Part shown: piece after piece, positions 63,901 to 64,000 of the stretch
How the letters are laid out: every line of letters begins with the position of its first letter
How positions within the stretch are numbered: position 1 is the stretch's first letter
Assembly: GCA_002104905.1 (NCBI GenBank)
Contig: MCFE01000407.1
Span: forward strand, 16,411 to 80,410
Direction of reading: 5' to 3'
DNA length: 64,000 bases
Source of the DNA: Basidiobolus meristosporus CBS 931.73
Taxonomy: Eukaryota; Fungi; Basidiobolomycota
Translations under genes and position numbers: made by a program
Notes under the pieces: model-generated
What the model was told of the DNA's origin: nothing
The model's database searches: none
Seen by the model: the letters and a program-made list of their open reading frames with translations, nothing else

Positions 63901-64000
63901 ATTATGGATTGCAAACTCTCAAAGCATACTTATTACTTATGAATATTTTGCTTGATGGGAGCATTGTAAATCCTCTAGTTCTTCACTTCACTATTGATAC

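Noticed and set aside
6000-64000. Classical ascomycete CpA-targeted RIP
   Set aside because: CpA/TpG are abundant and the missing dinucleotide is CpG.

Overview
Eukaryotic genomic DNA, most likely fungal: short GT-AG introns with CTAAC/CTGAC branch sites, and Copia primer-binding sites matching the yeast-type initiator tRNA anticodon arm. The window has two sharply different compartments. (1) About 1-6000 is GC- and CpG-rich and holds two divergent genes. One is a 12-exon, minus-strand gene for a secreted, probably GPI-anchored, plant-type leucine-rich-repeat protein (473 aa) in which nine consecutive exons each encode exactly one LRR. The other is an apparently intronless bZIP transcription factor. 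(2) About 6000-64000 is an almost CpG-free nested transposon stack with no recognisable host gene. It contains one intact, very young Ty3/Gypsy element (identical 368-bp LTRs, 4-bp TSD, single 1377-aa ORF) plus a solo LTR and decayed relatives; two Ty1/Copia families in many copies, some nested; and decayed CACTA/EnSpm-like (Tnp2) elements with a divergent second ORF. It also contains a CCCTAWGA-ended MITE family and two ~733-bp fold-back elements with ANT target duplications whose central 40-bp spacer is flipped relative to the arms. All alignments and counts were made by eye; no database search was run.
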